Origin: Myxococcota bacterium
GTDB lineage: Bacteria > Myxococcota_A > UBA9042 > PHBI01 > JAWLBL01
Reading direction: 5' to 3'
DNA: 64,000 bases
Assembly: GCA_041687695.1 (NCBI GenBank)
Contig: JAWLBL010000004.1
Location: 256,001-320,000 of the forward strand
Below the pieces are notes generated by a model. That model searched no databases. It saw only the letters and a list, made by a program, of their open reading frames with translations, and was not told where the DNA came from. This document shows, piece by piece, positions 22,520 through 32,506 of the stretch (positions are counted from its first letter, which is position 1; every line of letters starts with the position of its first letter). A program made the translations under genes and the position numbers.

Positions 22520-23641
22520 ATGAGCGACCGCCCCAAGATGTGCGCGAACTGCGGCAAGCTCATGGGCGTCGGCGACACCTGCCCCTACTGCGGCGCCGAC
22601 AACCGCGCCGTCGCGGTGCGGGCCAAACGCGTCATGGGCCGCGCCGCCGGCGAGGCCGGCGCCATGTCGGTCTCCGGGGCCATCGTCACCGTCAACCTGT
22701 TCCTGTACTTGACCGCGCTCGTCGTCGGCGGGGTCGAGCAGGGCGGCGGGATGATGGGCTTTCTGGCGCCGGACACCTCGGTCCTGTTCCAGCTCGGGCT
22801 GCAGTACAACCCGGCCATCGAGGCCGGGCAGTGGTGGCGCCTGGTCACCCCGATCTTCCTGCACCTGGGGCTGCTGCACGTCCTGTTCAACTGCTACATC
22901 CTGTGGGCCTCCGGGCGGCTGGTCGAGGGCGAGATCGGCTCGCGCCTGATGTTCCTGACCTACATGCTCGCTGGCGTCGTCGGCTTCGTCGCCTCGTACT
23001 ACCAGGGCATCGGGGGCGGCGGGGCCTCGGGCGCGGTCGCGGGCATGCTGGGCTTCATGCTGGTGCGCCGGCGCCTGGTGGACGGCCACTTCCGGCACCC
23101 GGCGACGGTCTGGGTCATCCAGCTGGTCGTCCTCAACGCCGTCTTCGGGCTCCTCGCGACCCAGGTGAACAACACCGCGCACCTGTTCGGGTTCTTGACC
23201 GGCGGCGCCATGGCCCTGCTCCTCACGAAGGTGCGCCTGTCGCGGCTTGGCGCCGTCGCGTTGATGCTGCTGACGTGGACGATGGCCGCCGTGACCGTGG
23301 CGTCCTTCGCGTTGATGTTGCTGTCGGCCTACCGCGGCGGCCCCGACGACTTCGCCGAGGCGCAACGCTGCTGGATCCAGGTCGCCGACGTCGTCCAGCG
23401 CCCGGCCTTCGATCCCGATCGAGCGATGCGAGCCCGCGCCTGCCTGGCCGACGCCCCACGGCTCGAGCCCGAGGCCAACCAGGCGGCCGAGCAAGCCGCG
23501 CGAGCGCTGGGCCAGGGCATCGAGGCCTGGGAGCGGGGCGACTCCGCGCCGGTCGCGCGCTCGCTGGACGCGGCGGCCGAGGCCTTCAAGCAGTACGACC
23601 GTTGGCGCGACGAGGCCGCGCCGCGCTACGCCCATCGATGA
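22520..23641 (+). CDS. Rhomboid-family intramembrane serine protease with N-terminal zinc ribbon
   Basis: CANC..CPYC; WWRLVTPIFLH, HVLFN, GASG, AHLFG. Confidence 0.88.
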   Translation: MSDRPKMCANCGKLMGVGDTCPYCGADNRAVAVRAKRVMGRAAGEAGAMSVSGAIVTVNLFLYLTALVVGGVEQGGGMMGFLAPDTSVLFQLGLQYNPAIEAGQWWRLVTPIFLHLGLLHVLFNCYILWASGRLVEGEIGSRLMFLTYMLAGVVGFVASYYQGIGGGGASGAVAGMLGFMLVRRRLVDGHFRHPATVWVIQLVVLNAVFGLLATQVNNTAHLFGFLTGGAMALLLTKVRLSRLGAVALMLLTWTMAAVTVASFALMLLSAYRGGPDDFAEAQRCWIQVADVVQRPAFDPDRAMRARACLADAPRLEPEANQAAEQAARALGQGIEAWERGDSAPVARSLDAAAEAFKQYDRWRDEAAPRYAHR

Positions 23642-24429
23642 CCCCGCTGGTCGACAGCCACTGCCACCTCGACAGCGACCGGCTCGACCTGCCGCCCGAC
23701 GAGGCGGTGGCCCGGGCCCGCGCGGCCGGCGTGGCCGACATCGTGATGGCGGGCGTCGACCCCGGCTGCTGGGACACCCAGGTCGCGCTCGCCGGGCGCC
23801 ACGAACGCGTCTGGCCGGTCTACGGCGTCCACCCCGTGCTGGCGGCGCAGATGAGCGAGGCCGAGCAGGACGACGCGCTGGCCCGCCTCGAGCAGCTGGC
23901 CGCCAGGCACCGACCCGTGGCCATCGGCGAGACGGGGCTCGACGCCTTCGAGGCCGACAAGGGCACGCTGGCGCGCCAGGAGCGGAGCCTGCGCGCCCAC
24001 GCCGAGCTGGCGGACCGGCTTGGCCTGCCCCTGGTGCTCCATCTGCTGCGCACCCACGACGCCGCCCTGCGGGTCTTGAAGGACCTGCGCCTGCCCGCTG
24101 CAGGCGGGTTGGTCCACAGCTTCTCCGGTTCGGCCGAGCTGGTCCGCGAGTACCTGAAGCTGGGCCTGCACGTCGCCTTCTGCGGCACGGTCAGCTACCC
24201 GCAGTCGCGCCGCGTCAAGGCGGCGGCGGCCGAGGTCCCGCCCGACCGGCTGCTCGTCGAGACCGACTCGCCCGACCAGACCCCGCACCCGCACCGCGGC
24301 CGCCCCAACCGCCCCGAGCTGCTGCCCGCGGTGCTGGCCGGCCTGGCCGAGGCCCGCGACGAGCCGACCGACGCCCTGGCTCTCCTGACCACCGCCAACG
24401 CGCGTCGCCTGTTCGGGCTGCCGGCCTGA
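23638..24429 (+). CDS. tatD: TatD-family metal-dependent DNase
   Basis: DSHCHLD, GVHP, AIGETGLD, HSFSG, LLVETDSP; ATGA overlap with rhomboid gene. Confidence 0.9.
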   Translation: MTPLVDSHCHLDSDRLDLPPDEAVARARAAGVADIVMAGVDPGCWDTQVALAGRHERVWPVYGVHPVLAAQMSEAEQDDALARLEQLAARHRPVAIGETGLDAFEADKGTLARQERSLRAHAELADRLGLPLVLHLLRTHDAALRVLKDLRLPAAGGLVHSFSGSAELVREYLKLGLHVAFCGTVSYPQSRRVKAAAAEVPPDRLLVETDSPDQTPHPHRGRPNRPELLPAVLAGLAEARDEPTDALALLTTANARRLFGLPA

Positions 24430-25905
24430 CTAGTCGCCGGCCTCGTCCTCTTCGGTCGCGGCCTCGTCGGCGCCCGGCGCCGCGGCCTTGCCGGTGGTCT
24501 TCTTGGCCTCGAACCAGGCCGAGATGACCTCGCGCGCCGGCACGGGCGCCTTGGTGTGCCACACGTCGCCGTTGACGATGAGGCAGGCGACGGCCACCTC
24601 GGGGTCCTCGGCCGGGGCGAAGGCGACGAACCAGCTGTAGTGCCGCGCGGGCCCCGCGTCGCGCGCGGTCAGGGTGCCGGTCTTGCCGGCGACCTCGAGG
24701 CCGGCGACCAGCGGCTTGCCCCGCTTGTTGAAGTACTTGGACGCGGTCCCGGTCGCCGTGGTCGCGACCATCATCGGGACGACCTCGCGCGCGACCTCGG
24801 GCGAGACGACCTGGGCCAGCGCGTCCCAGCGCGCCTCGTACAGGAGCTGGTCGCCGCGCTGGGCGCGCGCGACGAGGCGCGGGGCCATCATCTTGCCGCC
24901 GTTCGCGATGGTGGCGGCGATGAGCGCCCCGTGCAGCGGGCTCAGGGTCGTGCCGACGAAGCCGGCCGCGGACTGCGCGAAGCCCAGCCGGCTGCCGGTC
25001 GGGATCTTGGCGGCGCTCACGCCGACGCCCCACAGGAAGGGCAGGCGCTTGTTGAACAGGAACCGCTCCGCCATCTCCTGTAGCTGCCCCGGCTGCAGCA
25101 GGCGGTCGGCCCAGCGCGCGAAGGCGACGTTGTTGCTCGACCCGAGCGCCTCGGCGAGCGTCTCGCACTGCGTGTCGCGCTCGGCCTTGTCCTCGAGGTT
25201 GTACAGGGTCAGGCGGCGGTGCCCGCCGTGGGTGCAGATGCGGCTCTGGTGCGACAGCTTGCCCATCTCGACCAGCGCTGCCGCCGAGACGATCTTGAAG
25301 ATGCTGGCGGCGGGCCCCTCGGACTGCAGCGAAAGGTGACGCAGGTCCGGGCGGTGCTCGGCGTGCTCGGCCATCGCCAGGATCTCGCCGGTCTGCGGTC
25401 GGATGGCGACCACGGCCCCGTAGTCCACCCGGAAGCGCTCGAGCGATCGCTTGGCCACGCGCTGCAGCAGCGGGTCGAGGGTCAGCTCGAGGCGCGTGCC
25501 GTCCTCGAGCACCTGCACGAGCCGGTCGCCCTCGACCGCGGCCAGCGCCGGGTCGACCTGGCCGGCTGGCAGGGCCCAGTGGGCCGTCTGCGCGCTGGGG
25601 GGCGCGGCCGGCTGGGCGGCCTCGGGCGCGCGCACCGCCTCGCTCAAGGCCTTGGGGGCGCGCGCCACGGGCTCGAGCGGCCGGACGACCGGCACCACCG
25701 GGGCCAGGTCCGGCGGCGCCGCAGGGTCGGCCGCCAAGGGTCCGGACGGCGGCAGGGCCTCCGCAGGGGCGCTGGGGGCGCCGACGTCGCGCGCCGCCTC
25801 GGGGCCGGCGGACCTCGCCATCGTCACGGCCACGAAGATCGTGCCGGCCAAAAGACCCAGCCCGGCGCCGACCCGGATGCGCCTCGCCAAGGGTCGCATG
25901 GTCAT
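24430..25905 (-). CDS. Penicillin-binding protein, transpeptidase-only
   Basis: N-terminal TM, Pro/Ala linker, SxxK (SIFK), SxN (SNN), KTG. Confidence 0.88.
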   Translation of the reverse strand: MTMRPLARRIRVGAGLGLLAGTIFVAVTMARSAGPEAARDVGAPSAPAEALPPSGPLAADPAAPPDLAPVVPVVRPLEPVARAPKALSEAVRAPEAAQPAAPPSAQTAHWALPAGQVDPALAAVEGDRLVQVLEDGTRLELTLDPLLQRVAKRSLERFRVDYGAVVAIRPQTGEILAMAEHAEHRPDLRHLSLQSEGPAASIFKIVSAAALVEMGKLSHQSRICTHGGHRRLTLYNLEDKAERDTQCETLAEALGSSNNVAFARWADRLLQPGQLQEMAERFLFNKRLPFLWGVGVSAAKIPTGSRLGFAQSAAGFVGTTLSPLHGALIAATIANGGKMMAPRLVARAQRGDQLLYEARWDALAQVVSPEVAREVVPMMVATTATGTASKYFNKRGKPLVAGLEVAGKTGTLTARDAGPARHYSWFVAFAPAEDPEVAVACLIVNGDVWHTKAPVPAREVISAWFEAKKTTGKAAAPGADEAATEEDEAGD

Positions 25906-26026
25906 GCTCCGAGGTATCTCAGAGGGGATCGTGTGTGTCCAACAATCCGTTCGCCGGCCCCGGGATTCCCGGTCGCGCCCCGCCGCCGCCGGTCCCAGAT
26001 CCCCGGTGCGTAAGGTCTTTCGCACG

Positions 26027-26055
26027 TTGACCCCCCGCACGGCGGGTGGCATTTT
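26027..26055 (+). promoter_or_regulatory. Possible sigma70-type promoter of the acyl-CoA ligase/GT2 genes
   Basis: TTGACC-17 bp-CATTTT. Confidence 0.35.
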
Positions 26056-26107
26056 CCGGCGCCTGACCCTGAAGCTGCTGCCGTAGGTGTGGATGCCCGC
26101 GACCCCC

Positions 26108-27958
26108 ATGGGAATGCCCGAGGCGACGCTGCTCGAGCTGTTCCGGCGCCGAGTGGCCGAGACGCCCTCCGGCGAGGCGTCGCGCCACACGTACGGCCGC
26201 AAGGTCGTCACGACCACCTGGTCCGACTGGGACCGGCGCTCGCGGACGTTGGCCGCCGGCCTGCTGCGCCTGGGGGTCGAGCTGGGCGACCGCGTCGCGC
26301 TGCTGTCGCGCACCCGGGTCGAGTGGACGTGGCTCGACATGGCCATCCTGATGGCCGGCGGGGTCACCGTCCCGCTCTTCCCCAGCGAGACCGGCGCCAC
26401 GTGCGCCTTCGTGCTGGCCGACTGCGAGGCGCGGTTCGCCATCGTCGAGAACCCGGCGCAGGTGCGGAAGCTCCTGGCCCTGCGCGAGCAGCTCCCGCGC
26501 CTCGAGCGCGTGGTGGTGCTCGATCAGGAGTGCGAGCTGCCCCAGCAGCCGCAGGCTCCGGACGCCGTGCTGCGGCTCGCCGACGTCGCCGACGAGGCCT
26601 CGGCCGGCTGGCTCGTGCCCATCGAGGAGCTCTGGGACGGCGGCGAGCGCGATCTCGGCGCCCTGACCGGCGAGCTGGCGACCCGCGCCGCCCTGGTCGG
26701 CCCCGACACGCTGGCGACCCTGGCCTACACCCCCGGGACCGAGCGCGAGCCCAAGGGGGTCATGCTGACCCACGGCAACTACTTCGCCGCCAGCGACGCC
26801 CTGGCCCAGGCGCTCAGCGTCGGCCCCGAGGACCGCCAGCTCCTGTACCTGCCGCTGGCCCACGTCTTCGCCCGCATCACGGTGGTCGTGGCGATGCAGG
26901 TCGGCCTGTCGACGGCCTACGCGCGCAGCTACGGGACCTTGCTGGACGACGCGCGCCTGCACCAGCCGACCTTCCTGTGCACCATCCCGCGCCTGCTCGA
27001 GAAGGTGCAGGGCGAGATGGAGGCCGACGAGCGCATGGGCGGCGGCCTGCAGCGCCTGGTGTCGACCTGGGCCCGCGGGGTCGGCGCGACCGCCAGTCAG
27101 AACGGCGACGGCGGGGGGCTGCTGCGGGATCTGCAGCTGAAGGTCGCCGACAAGCTGGTCTTCAGCCGCCTGCGCGAGCGGTTCGGCGGCGCGCTGCGCT
27201 TCGTCATCAGCGGCGCCGCGCCCCTGCCGCACGAGACCGGCCGCTTCTTCGCCGCCCACGGGCTGCCGGCGCTCGAGGGCTACGGGATGACCGAGACCTG
27301 CGCGGCGACCAGCATCGCTCGCCTGGAGCGCCACCGGGTCGGCACCGTCGGCCCGCCGCTGCCCGGGGTCGAGGTGCGCCTCACCGAGGACGGCGAGCTG
27401 CTGGTGCGCGGTCCGAACGTGTCGCCCGGCTACTGGGAGCGCCCCGACGAGACCGCGGCCGCCATCGACGCCGACGGCTGGTTCCACACGGGCGACCTGT
27501 GCCGCCTCGAGGACGACGAGATCGTCGTCATGGACCGCAAGAGCGACATCATCCTCCTCGCGACCGGCCGCGCCATCGCGCCCCAGCCCATCGCCGAGGC
27601 CCTGCGCGCCCACGATCTGGTCAGCCAGGTGCTCATCCACGGCGAGGGCCGCAGCTTCCTGAGCGCCCTCATCACCCTGGACAAGGACGCCCTGCTGCGC
27701 TTCGCCGACGAGGCCAGCCTGGACCCCGACTACGAGGGCCTGACGCGCCACCCGGCCGTGTTCGCCGCCGTCGAGCGCCTGGTCGAGCGGGTCAACGCCC
27801 AGCTGGCCCCGCACGAGAACATCCGCAAGTTCGCCATCCTGTCGACCGAGCCGTCGACCGAGACGGGCGACCTGACCCCGACCCAGCGCCTGCGCCGCCG
27901 CGTCGCCACCGAGCGCCACCGCGCGCTGCTCGACTCCTTCTACTCGGAGCAATACTGA
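26108..27958 (+). CDS. Long-chain fatty acid-CoA ligase-like AMP-binding protein (divergent motifs)
   Basis: LPLAH, ISGAAPL, EGYGMTE, GTVGPPLPG, GWFHTGDL; P-loop and terminal Lys motif altered. Confidence 0.85.
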   Translation: MGMPEATLLELFRRRVAETPSGEASRHTYGRKVVTTTWSDWDRRSRTLAAGLLRLGVELGDRVALLSRTRVEWTWLDMAILMAGGVTVPLFPSETGATCAFVLADCEARFAIVENPAQVRKLLALREQLPRLERVVVLDQECELPQQPQAPDAVLRLADVADEASAGWLVPIEELWDGGERDLGALTGELATRAALVGPDTLATLAYTPGTEREPKGVMLTHGNYFAASDALAQALSVGPEDRQLLYLPLAHVFARITVVVAMQVGLSTAYARSYGTLLDDARLHQPTFLCTIPRLLEKVQGEMEADERMGGGLQRLVSTWARGVGATASQNGDGGGLLRDLQLKVADKLVFSRLRERFGGALRFVISGAAPLPHETGRFFAAHGLPALEGYGMTETCAATSIARLERHRVGTVGPPLPGVEVRLTEDGELLVRGPNVSPGYWERPDETAAAIDADGWFHTGDLCRLEDDEIVVMDRKSDIILLATGRAIAPQPIAEALRAHDLVSQVLIHGEGRSFLSALITLDKDALLRFADEASLDPDYEGLTRHPAVFAAVERLVERVNAQLAPHENIRKFAILSTEPSTETGDLTPTQRLRRRVATERHRALLDSFYSEQY

Positions 27959-27960
27959 GG

Positions 27961-28674
27961 ATGCCCACCCCGCCCAAGGCCCTCGTCATCATCCCGACCT
28001 ACAACGAGCGGGAGAACCTGCCCAAGCTGGTCGAGGCCATCTTCGCGGTCGAGCCGGAGCTCCACCTGCTGGTCGTCGACGACAACTCGCCCGACGGCAC
28101 GGGCGAGCTGGCCGACGACATCGCGCGCCGCGACGGCCGCGTGCACGTCATGCACCGCGCCGGCAAGCTGGGCCTGGGCACCGCCTACATCGCCGGCTTC
28201 AAGTGGGCGCTGGCCCGCGACTATCCGCTCGTCTTCGAGATGGACGCCGACTTCAGCCACCAGCCCAAGTACCTGCCCGACTTCCTGAAGGCGGCCGAGG
28301 ACGCCGATCTCGTCCTGGGCACGCGCTACATCAAGGGCGGCGGCGTCGAGGACTGGGGCCCGCTGCGCCAGCTCATCAGCCGCGGCGGCAACCTGTACGC
28401 CCGCGCCATCCTGTCGATGCCCTTCCACGACCTCACCGGCGGCTTCAAGTGCTTCCGCCGCCGGGTGCTCGAGGCCATCGACCTCGACTCGGTTCGGTCG
28501 GTCGGCTACGCCTTTCAGATCGAGCTGACCTACCGGACCTGGAAGCAGGGCTTCCGCATCGTCGAGGTCCCGATCGTCTTCCCGGACCGCACCGCCGGCA
28601 AGTCGAAGATGTCCAAGAACATCGTCCGCGAGGCGATGATCAACGTGGTCAAGCTACGGCTCGGTCGTCGCTGA
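27961..28674 (+). CDS. Polyprenol-monophosphomannose synthase-like GT2 glycosyltransferase
   Basis: IIPTYNERENL, DDNSPDGTG, GLGTAY, EMDADFSH, DLTGGFKCFRR, GYAFQIE. Confidence 0.92.
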   Translation: MPTPPKALVIIPTYNERENLPKLVEAIFAVEPELHLLVVDDNSPDGTGELADDIARRDGRVHVMHRAGKLGLGTAYIAGFKWALARDYPLVFEMDADFSHQPKYLPDFLKAAEDADLVLGTRYIKGGGVEDWGPLRQLISRGGNLYARAILSMPFHDLTGGFKCFRRRVLEAIDLDSVRSVGYAFQIELTYRTWKQGFRIVEVPIVFPDRTAGKSKMSKNIVREAMINVVKLRLGRR

Positions 28675-28696
28675 GGAAAGGCGCGACGCCGCCAGG

Positions 28697-30052
28697 CTAC
28701 GGCTCGGTCGTCGCCGATGGCGCGTCGGCGGCCCGCTCGGACAGGTAGGCACGCCAGGGCTCGGCCTGCTGCCCGAAGGTGCGCCCGGTCAGGGAGGCCA
28801 GGGCCAGCGACGCCTCGGCCGTGGCCTTGCCGGCCTCGAGCAGCCCGACCAGCGGCTCGAGGGCGCGCGGGTCCTTGCGCAGGGCGAGGCTGCGGGGGAT
28901 GAGCCCCAGGACCGTGGCGTCGGCTTCGGCGGCGAGGCGGCCGACCAGCGCGTCGACGGCGGCGGCCTCGTCGATCTGCCCCAGGCGCGCGACGGCCGCG
29001 CGGCGGACCGACGGGTCGGGATCGGCGAGGAAGGGGGCGACCAGGGCGGCGCGCTGGCCGGCCGGCGCCGCGACCCCCAGCAGGTTGGCGGCCGAAAGGC
29101 GCAGGGCGGGCGCCGGATCGCGGCCGGCGGCCTGCAGCAGCGGCAAGGCGCTGGCCGGCTCGTCGGCCACGCGGGCGTCGAGGGCCGAGCGGCGGACGTC
29201 GACGCGGGCGTGGGTCAGCGCCGTGTCCCACAGGGCGGCGCGCGCCTCGGCGGGGGCCAGGGGGACGGCGCGGGCGCCGGCCTGGGCGAGGCGCGGATCG
29301 GCGGCGCCGAGGGCGGCCGCGACGGTGGCGCCCGGCAGCGGCGCCTTGGCCAGCCGGGCGGCGAGCAGCGCGCTCGCGGCGGTCACCGGGTGGTCGCTGG
29401 CGGCGAGCCGGGCCAGCTCTGGGGCGAGCTCGGGCGTGGCCACACGGCCCAGGGCGAGCGCGGCCTCGACGGCGACCTCCTCGTCGGGATCCTCGAGCTT
29501 GGGCAGGAGGACCCGGCCCGCCTCGGCGGGATCGAGGCGCGAGAGGGCCTCGATGGCGCGCGCGCGGACCGTGGGATCGGCGTCGTCGACGCGGCGCGCG
29601 ACCTCGGGGGCGTACTCCTTGGCGCCCACCGCGACCAGGGCCTCGAGGGCCTGCTGGCGGATCGCCGGGATCGAGTGCTCGAGCACCTGAACGATGGGCT
29701 CGATGCCGTTGGGGCGCTTGGTCTGGGTGAACCAGGACAGCGCGGCCTGCAGCTCGTCCAGGTTCTTGCTTCGAAGCAGGGCGAGCATCGCCGGCTCGGC
29801 CAGCTCACCGGCGCCGACCAGCTGCCCCAGGGCCCAGCTGCGCTGCCTCGGCAGCTGCATCACCAGGGCCTCGACCCGCGGGTCCAGCTCGGGCAGCTCG
29901 ACGCCGCCGGGGCTCTTGACCACGCGCCGCGCCTCGGGCGCGGGCGGCGGATCGGGGAATGCCCTTGACTCGGCGGCGGGTTTCGGCTTGCTACAGCCGG
30001 CGGCCACGGCCAACGTGGTGAGGATGAGAGCGGTAACCCGCAACGGGCGCAT
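28697..30052 (-). CDS. HEAT-repeat lipoprotein
   Basis: Lipobox AAGC; repeats such as DADPTVRARAIEALSRL and DPDPSVRRAAVARLG. Confidence 0.8.
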   Translation of the reverse strand: MRPLRVTALILTTLAVAAGCSKPKPAAESRAFPDPPPAPEARRVVKSPGGVELPELDPRVEALVMQLPRQRSWALGQLVGAGELAEPAMLALLRSKNLDELQAALSWFTQTKRPNGIEPIVQVLEHSIPAIRQQALEALVAVGAKEYAPEVARRVDDADPTVRARAIEALSRLDPAEAGRVLLPKLEDPDEEVAVEAALALGRVATPELAPELARLAASDHPVTAASALLAARLAKAPLPGATVAAALGAADPRLAQAGARAVPLAPAEARAALWDTALTHARVDVRRSALDARVADEPASALPLLQAAGRDPAPALRLSAANLLGVAAPAGQRAALVAPFLADPDPSVRRAAVARLGQIDEAAAVDALVGRLAAEADATVLGLIPRSLALRKDPRALEPLVGLLEAGKATAEASLALASLTGRTFGQQAEPWRAYLSERAADAPSATTEP

Positions 30053-30155
30053 CGGGGCCTCCATCGCCTTTCCCAGAACGTGCGGCATCCTACGCAACGA
30101 CGGCGCGGGGGCAACCCTCGCGCCGCCCCGCGTCGACGACGCCTGACGAGGGTCT

Positions 30156-31013
30156 ATGAACCAGCAAACCGACCGGGTCATTCGCGCGATCACCGACGAC
30201 GGCGCGTTTCGTGTCATCGCCCTGCGCGGGACCGACACCGTCCGCGGCGTCCTGGCCGCCCAGAAGGCCACCGGCGAGCACGCCGCGCTGCTCGGCGAGC
30301 TGCTGCTCGCGGCGGTGATGGTGCGCGAGACGATGGCGCCGGGGCTGCGGGTGCAGGTCATGCTCAAGGGCGCCGAGCGCGGCAGCCTGGTCGCCGACTC
30401 GCACCCGGACGGGATGACGCGGGGCCTGGCGCAGCTGCCCGAGGGGCACCGCGTCGCGCTGACCGAGGGGGCGCTGCTGCAGGTCGTGCGGACCATGCCG
30501 CGGGCCGAGCTGCACCAGAGCATCGTCGAGGCCAGCGGGGACAAGGGCATCTCGGGCGCGCTGATGCGCTACATGCAGGAGTCCGAGCAGGTCGTGTCGA
30601 TGCTGCGCGTCGCCTGCGTCTTCGGCGACGACGGCGCGCTGGTCTCGGCCGGTGGCTTCATCGTGCAGCTGCTGCCCGAGGTGAGCGAGGGGCCGCTGAT
30701 GCTGATGACCGAGCGCCTGAACGACTTCGACAGCATCGACCGGCTGCTGGTCGAGCACGATGCGGACCCGGCGGTGCTGCTGGGCGAGGTGCTGTACCGG
30801 TATCCGCACCAGCTGCTGATGGAGCGGCCCATCCACGCGGGCTGCAACTGCAGCAGCGTGCGCGTCATCGGGGCGCTGGCCACCCTCGGCCACGCCGAGC
30901 TGACCGACATGGTGGCCGAGGGCAAGACCCTGGACATCGAGTGCGACTACTGCGGCCGCAGCTACCAGGTGGGGACCGAGCAGCTGCGCACGCTGACCGA
31001 GCCGCCGAGCTGA
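30156..31013 (+). CDS. hslO: Hsp33 redox-regulated chaperone
   Basis: YMQESEQV, AGGFIVQLLP, CxC...CxxC zinc centre (CNC...CDYC). Confidence 0.92.
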   Translation: MNQQTDRVIRAITDDGAFRVIALRGTDTVRGVLAAQKATGEHAALLGELLLAAVMVRETMAPGLRVQVMLKGAERGSLVADSHPDGMTRGLAQLPEGHRVALTEGALLQVVRTMPRAELHQSIVEASGDKGISGALMRYMQESEQVVSMLRVACVFGDDGALVSAGGFIVQLLPEVSEGPLMLMTERLNDFDSIDRLLVEHDADPAVLLGEVLYRYPHQLLMERPIHAGCNCSSVRVIGALATLGHAELTDMVAEGKTLDIECDYCGRSYQVGTEQLRTLTEPPS

Positions 31014-31129
31014 GTCGGGGCGGCCGGGGGCCGCGGCGCGGGGGTGGTGGGGAGGTGGGTGTTGCGCCTGACCCGCGTAGGGCTTAGGCTCGGCGCTCGT
31101 CTCCCCTTGCCGTAGCTCGTCCCCTGGAG

Positions 31130-32506
31130 GTGCCGGTGCGCTCGCTCACCGGGCTGCTCGCCGCCACGATGGTCCTCCTGGCCGGTCCGCCGAGCGTCCG
31201 CGCGGCCCACTTCCGGGTCGAGTCGGAGACCATCGGCGACGCCTACCAGCTCGTCACGAGCGACGACGAGCTGGTCAACCGGCGGCGGCTGCACCAGTAC
31301 CTGGGCTTCGGCGCCTACGACCTGACCGGCGACGGGTCGAACGCGCTGTCGGTGGTCACGCTGATGCGCTTCGACGCGGATCTCGGGCTGACCGACGAGG
31401 ACGTCGCGCGGGTCGACGTCTTCCGCGAGCACCAGCTGTCCATCCAGACCGCCTACGTGCGCGGGCAGGGGCTGTTCGGGCGCCTGGACTTCAAGCTCGG
31501 GCGCTTCCTGCACTCCGATCCCATCGACTACCTGATGATGGACGGGCTGGTCGCGACCGTGCGGCTGCCGTGGCGGCTGGGGCTCGAGCTGCTGGCCGGC
31601 TACGAGGCCGACAACCACGTCGGCGATCTCACCGCCTCGCAGTTCGAGCTGGACGGCGTGCGCTACGTCGAGGGCGTCCACCCGGACGGCCCGTCGACCG
31701 CGCTGGGCGCCGCGCTGCTGTTCGACGCGCCCTGGGACACCCGGGCCCGCATCGGGTACCGGCGGCTGTTCTCGGGCGAGGACGACGAGGTCGACCAGGA
31801 GAAGATCGGAGCCGCGCTCTACCAGCACCTGGGCCCGGTGCACCTGTACGGGACGGGCTCCTTCGATCTGTACAACCGGCTGGTCGACCGCGTGCACGCC
31901 GGCGCCCGCTGGCAGGTGACCGACGCCTGGGATCTCGAGGGGCAGTACGTCCGGCTGCGACCCACCTTCGACGCCGACAGCATCTTCAACGTCTTCTCGA
32001 TCCAGCCGCTCAACGACGTCAACGGGCGCGTGCGCTGGCACCTGTCCGACGGCCACCGCGTCTACGCCGGCGGCATGGTGCGCCTGTTCTCGGTCGAGGA
32101 GGGACGCGAGGTGGTCGACGAGACGGTCAGCGCGACCGGGCTGATGGCCGGGTGGTACCGCAGCTGGGGGGCGCTGGGGCGGCTGGGCGCGGACGTCAGC
32201 CACGAGGGCGGCTACGGCGGGCAGCGGACCCTGTTCGACGTCGGCGGCCTGTGGGGCGTCGACCCCAACGTCTTCGAGGTCGACGGCCGCCTGACGGCGG
32301 TGCGCTTCGAGGACGCGCTGCAGGACCAGCTCGAGGCGTGGAGCTTCGGCTACCAGCTGGGCGGGCGCTTCCTGGTGGACCGGCGGGCGGCGCTGTCGCT
32401 GATGGTCGAGCACAACTTCAACCGCATCCACGTCAGCCAGCTGCGGGTCTTCGCGGTGGCCGACGTCGACGTGTGGTTCTCGCCCGAATCGGAGCGCGTG
32501 CAGTGA
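31130..32506 (+). CDS. Predicted outer-membrane beta-barrel protein
   Basis: Signal peptide; alternating aromatic/hydrophobic strands throughout; aromatic residues near the C-terminus (DVWF); stop overlaps cytochrome start. Confidence 0.7.
   Translation: MPVRSLTGLLAATMVLLAGPPSVRAAHFRVESETIGDAYQLVTSDDELVNRRRLHQYLGFGAYDLTGDGSNALSVVTLMRFDADLGLTDEDVARVDVFREHQLSIQTAYVRGQGLFGRLDFKLGRFLHSDPIDYLMMDGLVATVRLPWRLGLELLAGYEADNHVGDLTASQFELDGVRYVEGVHPDGPSTALGAALLFDAPWDTRARIGYRRLFSGEDDEVDQEKIGAALYQHLGPVHLYGTGSFDLYNRLVDRVHAGARWQVTDAWDLEGQYVRLRPTFDADSIFNVFSIQPLNDVNGRVRWHLSDGHRVYAGGMVRLFSVEEGREVVDETVSATGLMAGWYRSWGALGRLGADVSHEGGYGGQRTLFDVGGLWGVDPNVFEVDGRLTAVRFEDALQDQLEAWSFGYQLGGRFLVDRRAALSLMVEHNFNRIHVSQLRVFAVADVDVWFSPESERVQ

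Noticed and set aside
20785..24429. 1214-aa TatD fusion (likewise extended tilS, folP, GT2, cytochrome and Fe-S ORFs in the track)
   Set aside because: The N-terminal extensions are off-frame read-through over upstream genes; real starts lie at or near upstream stop codons
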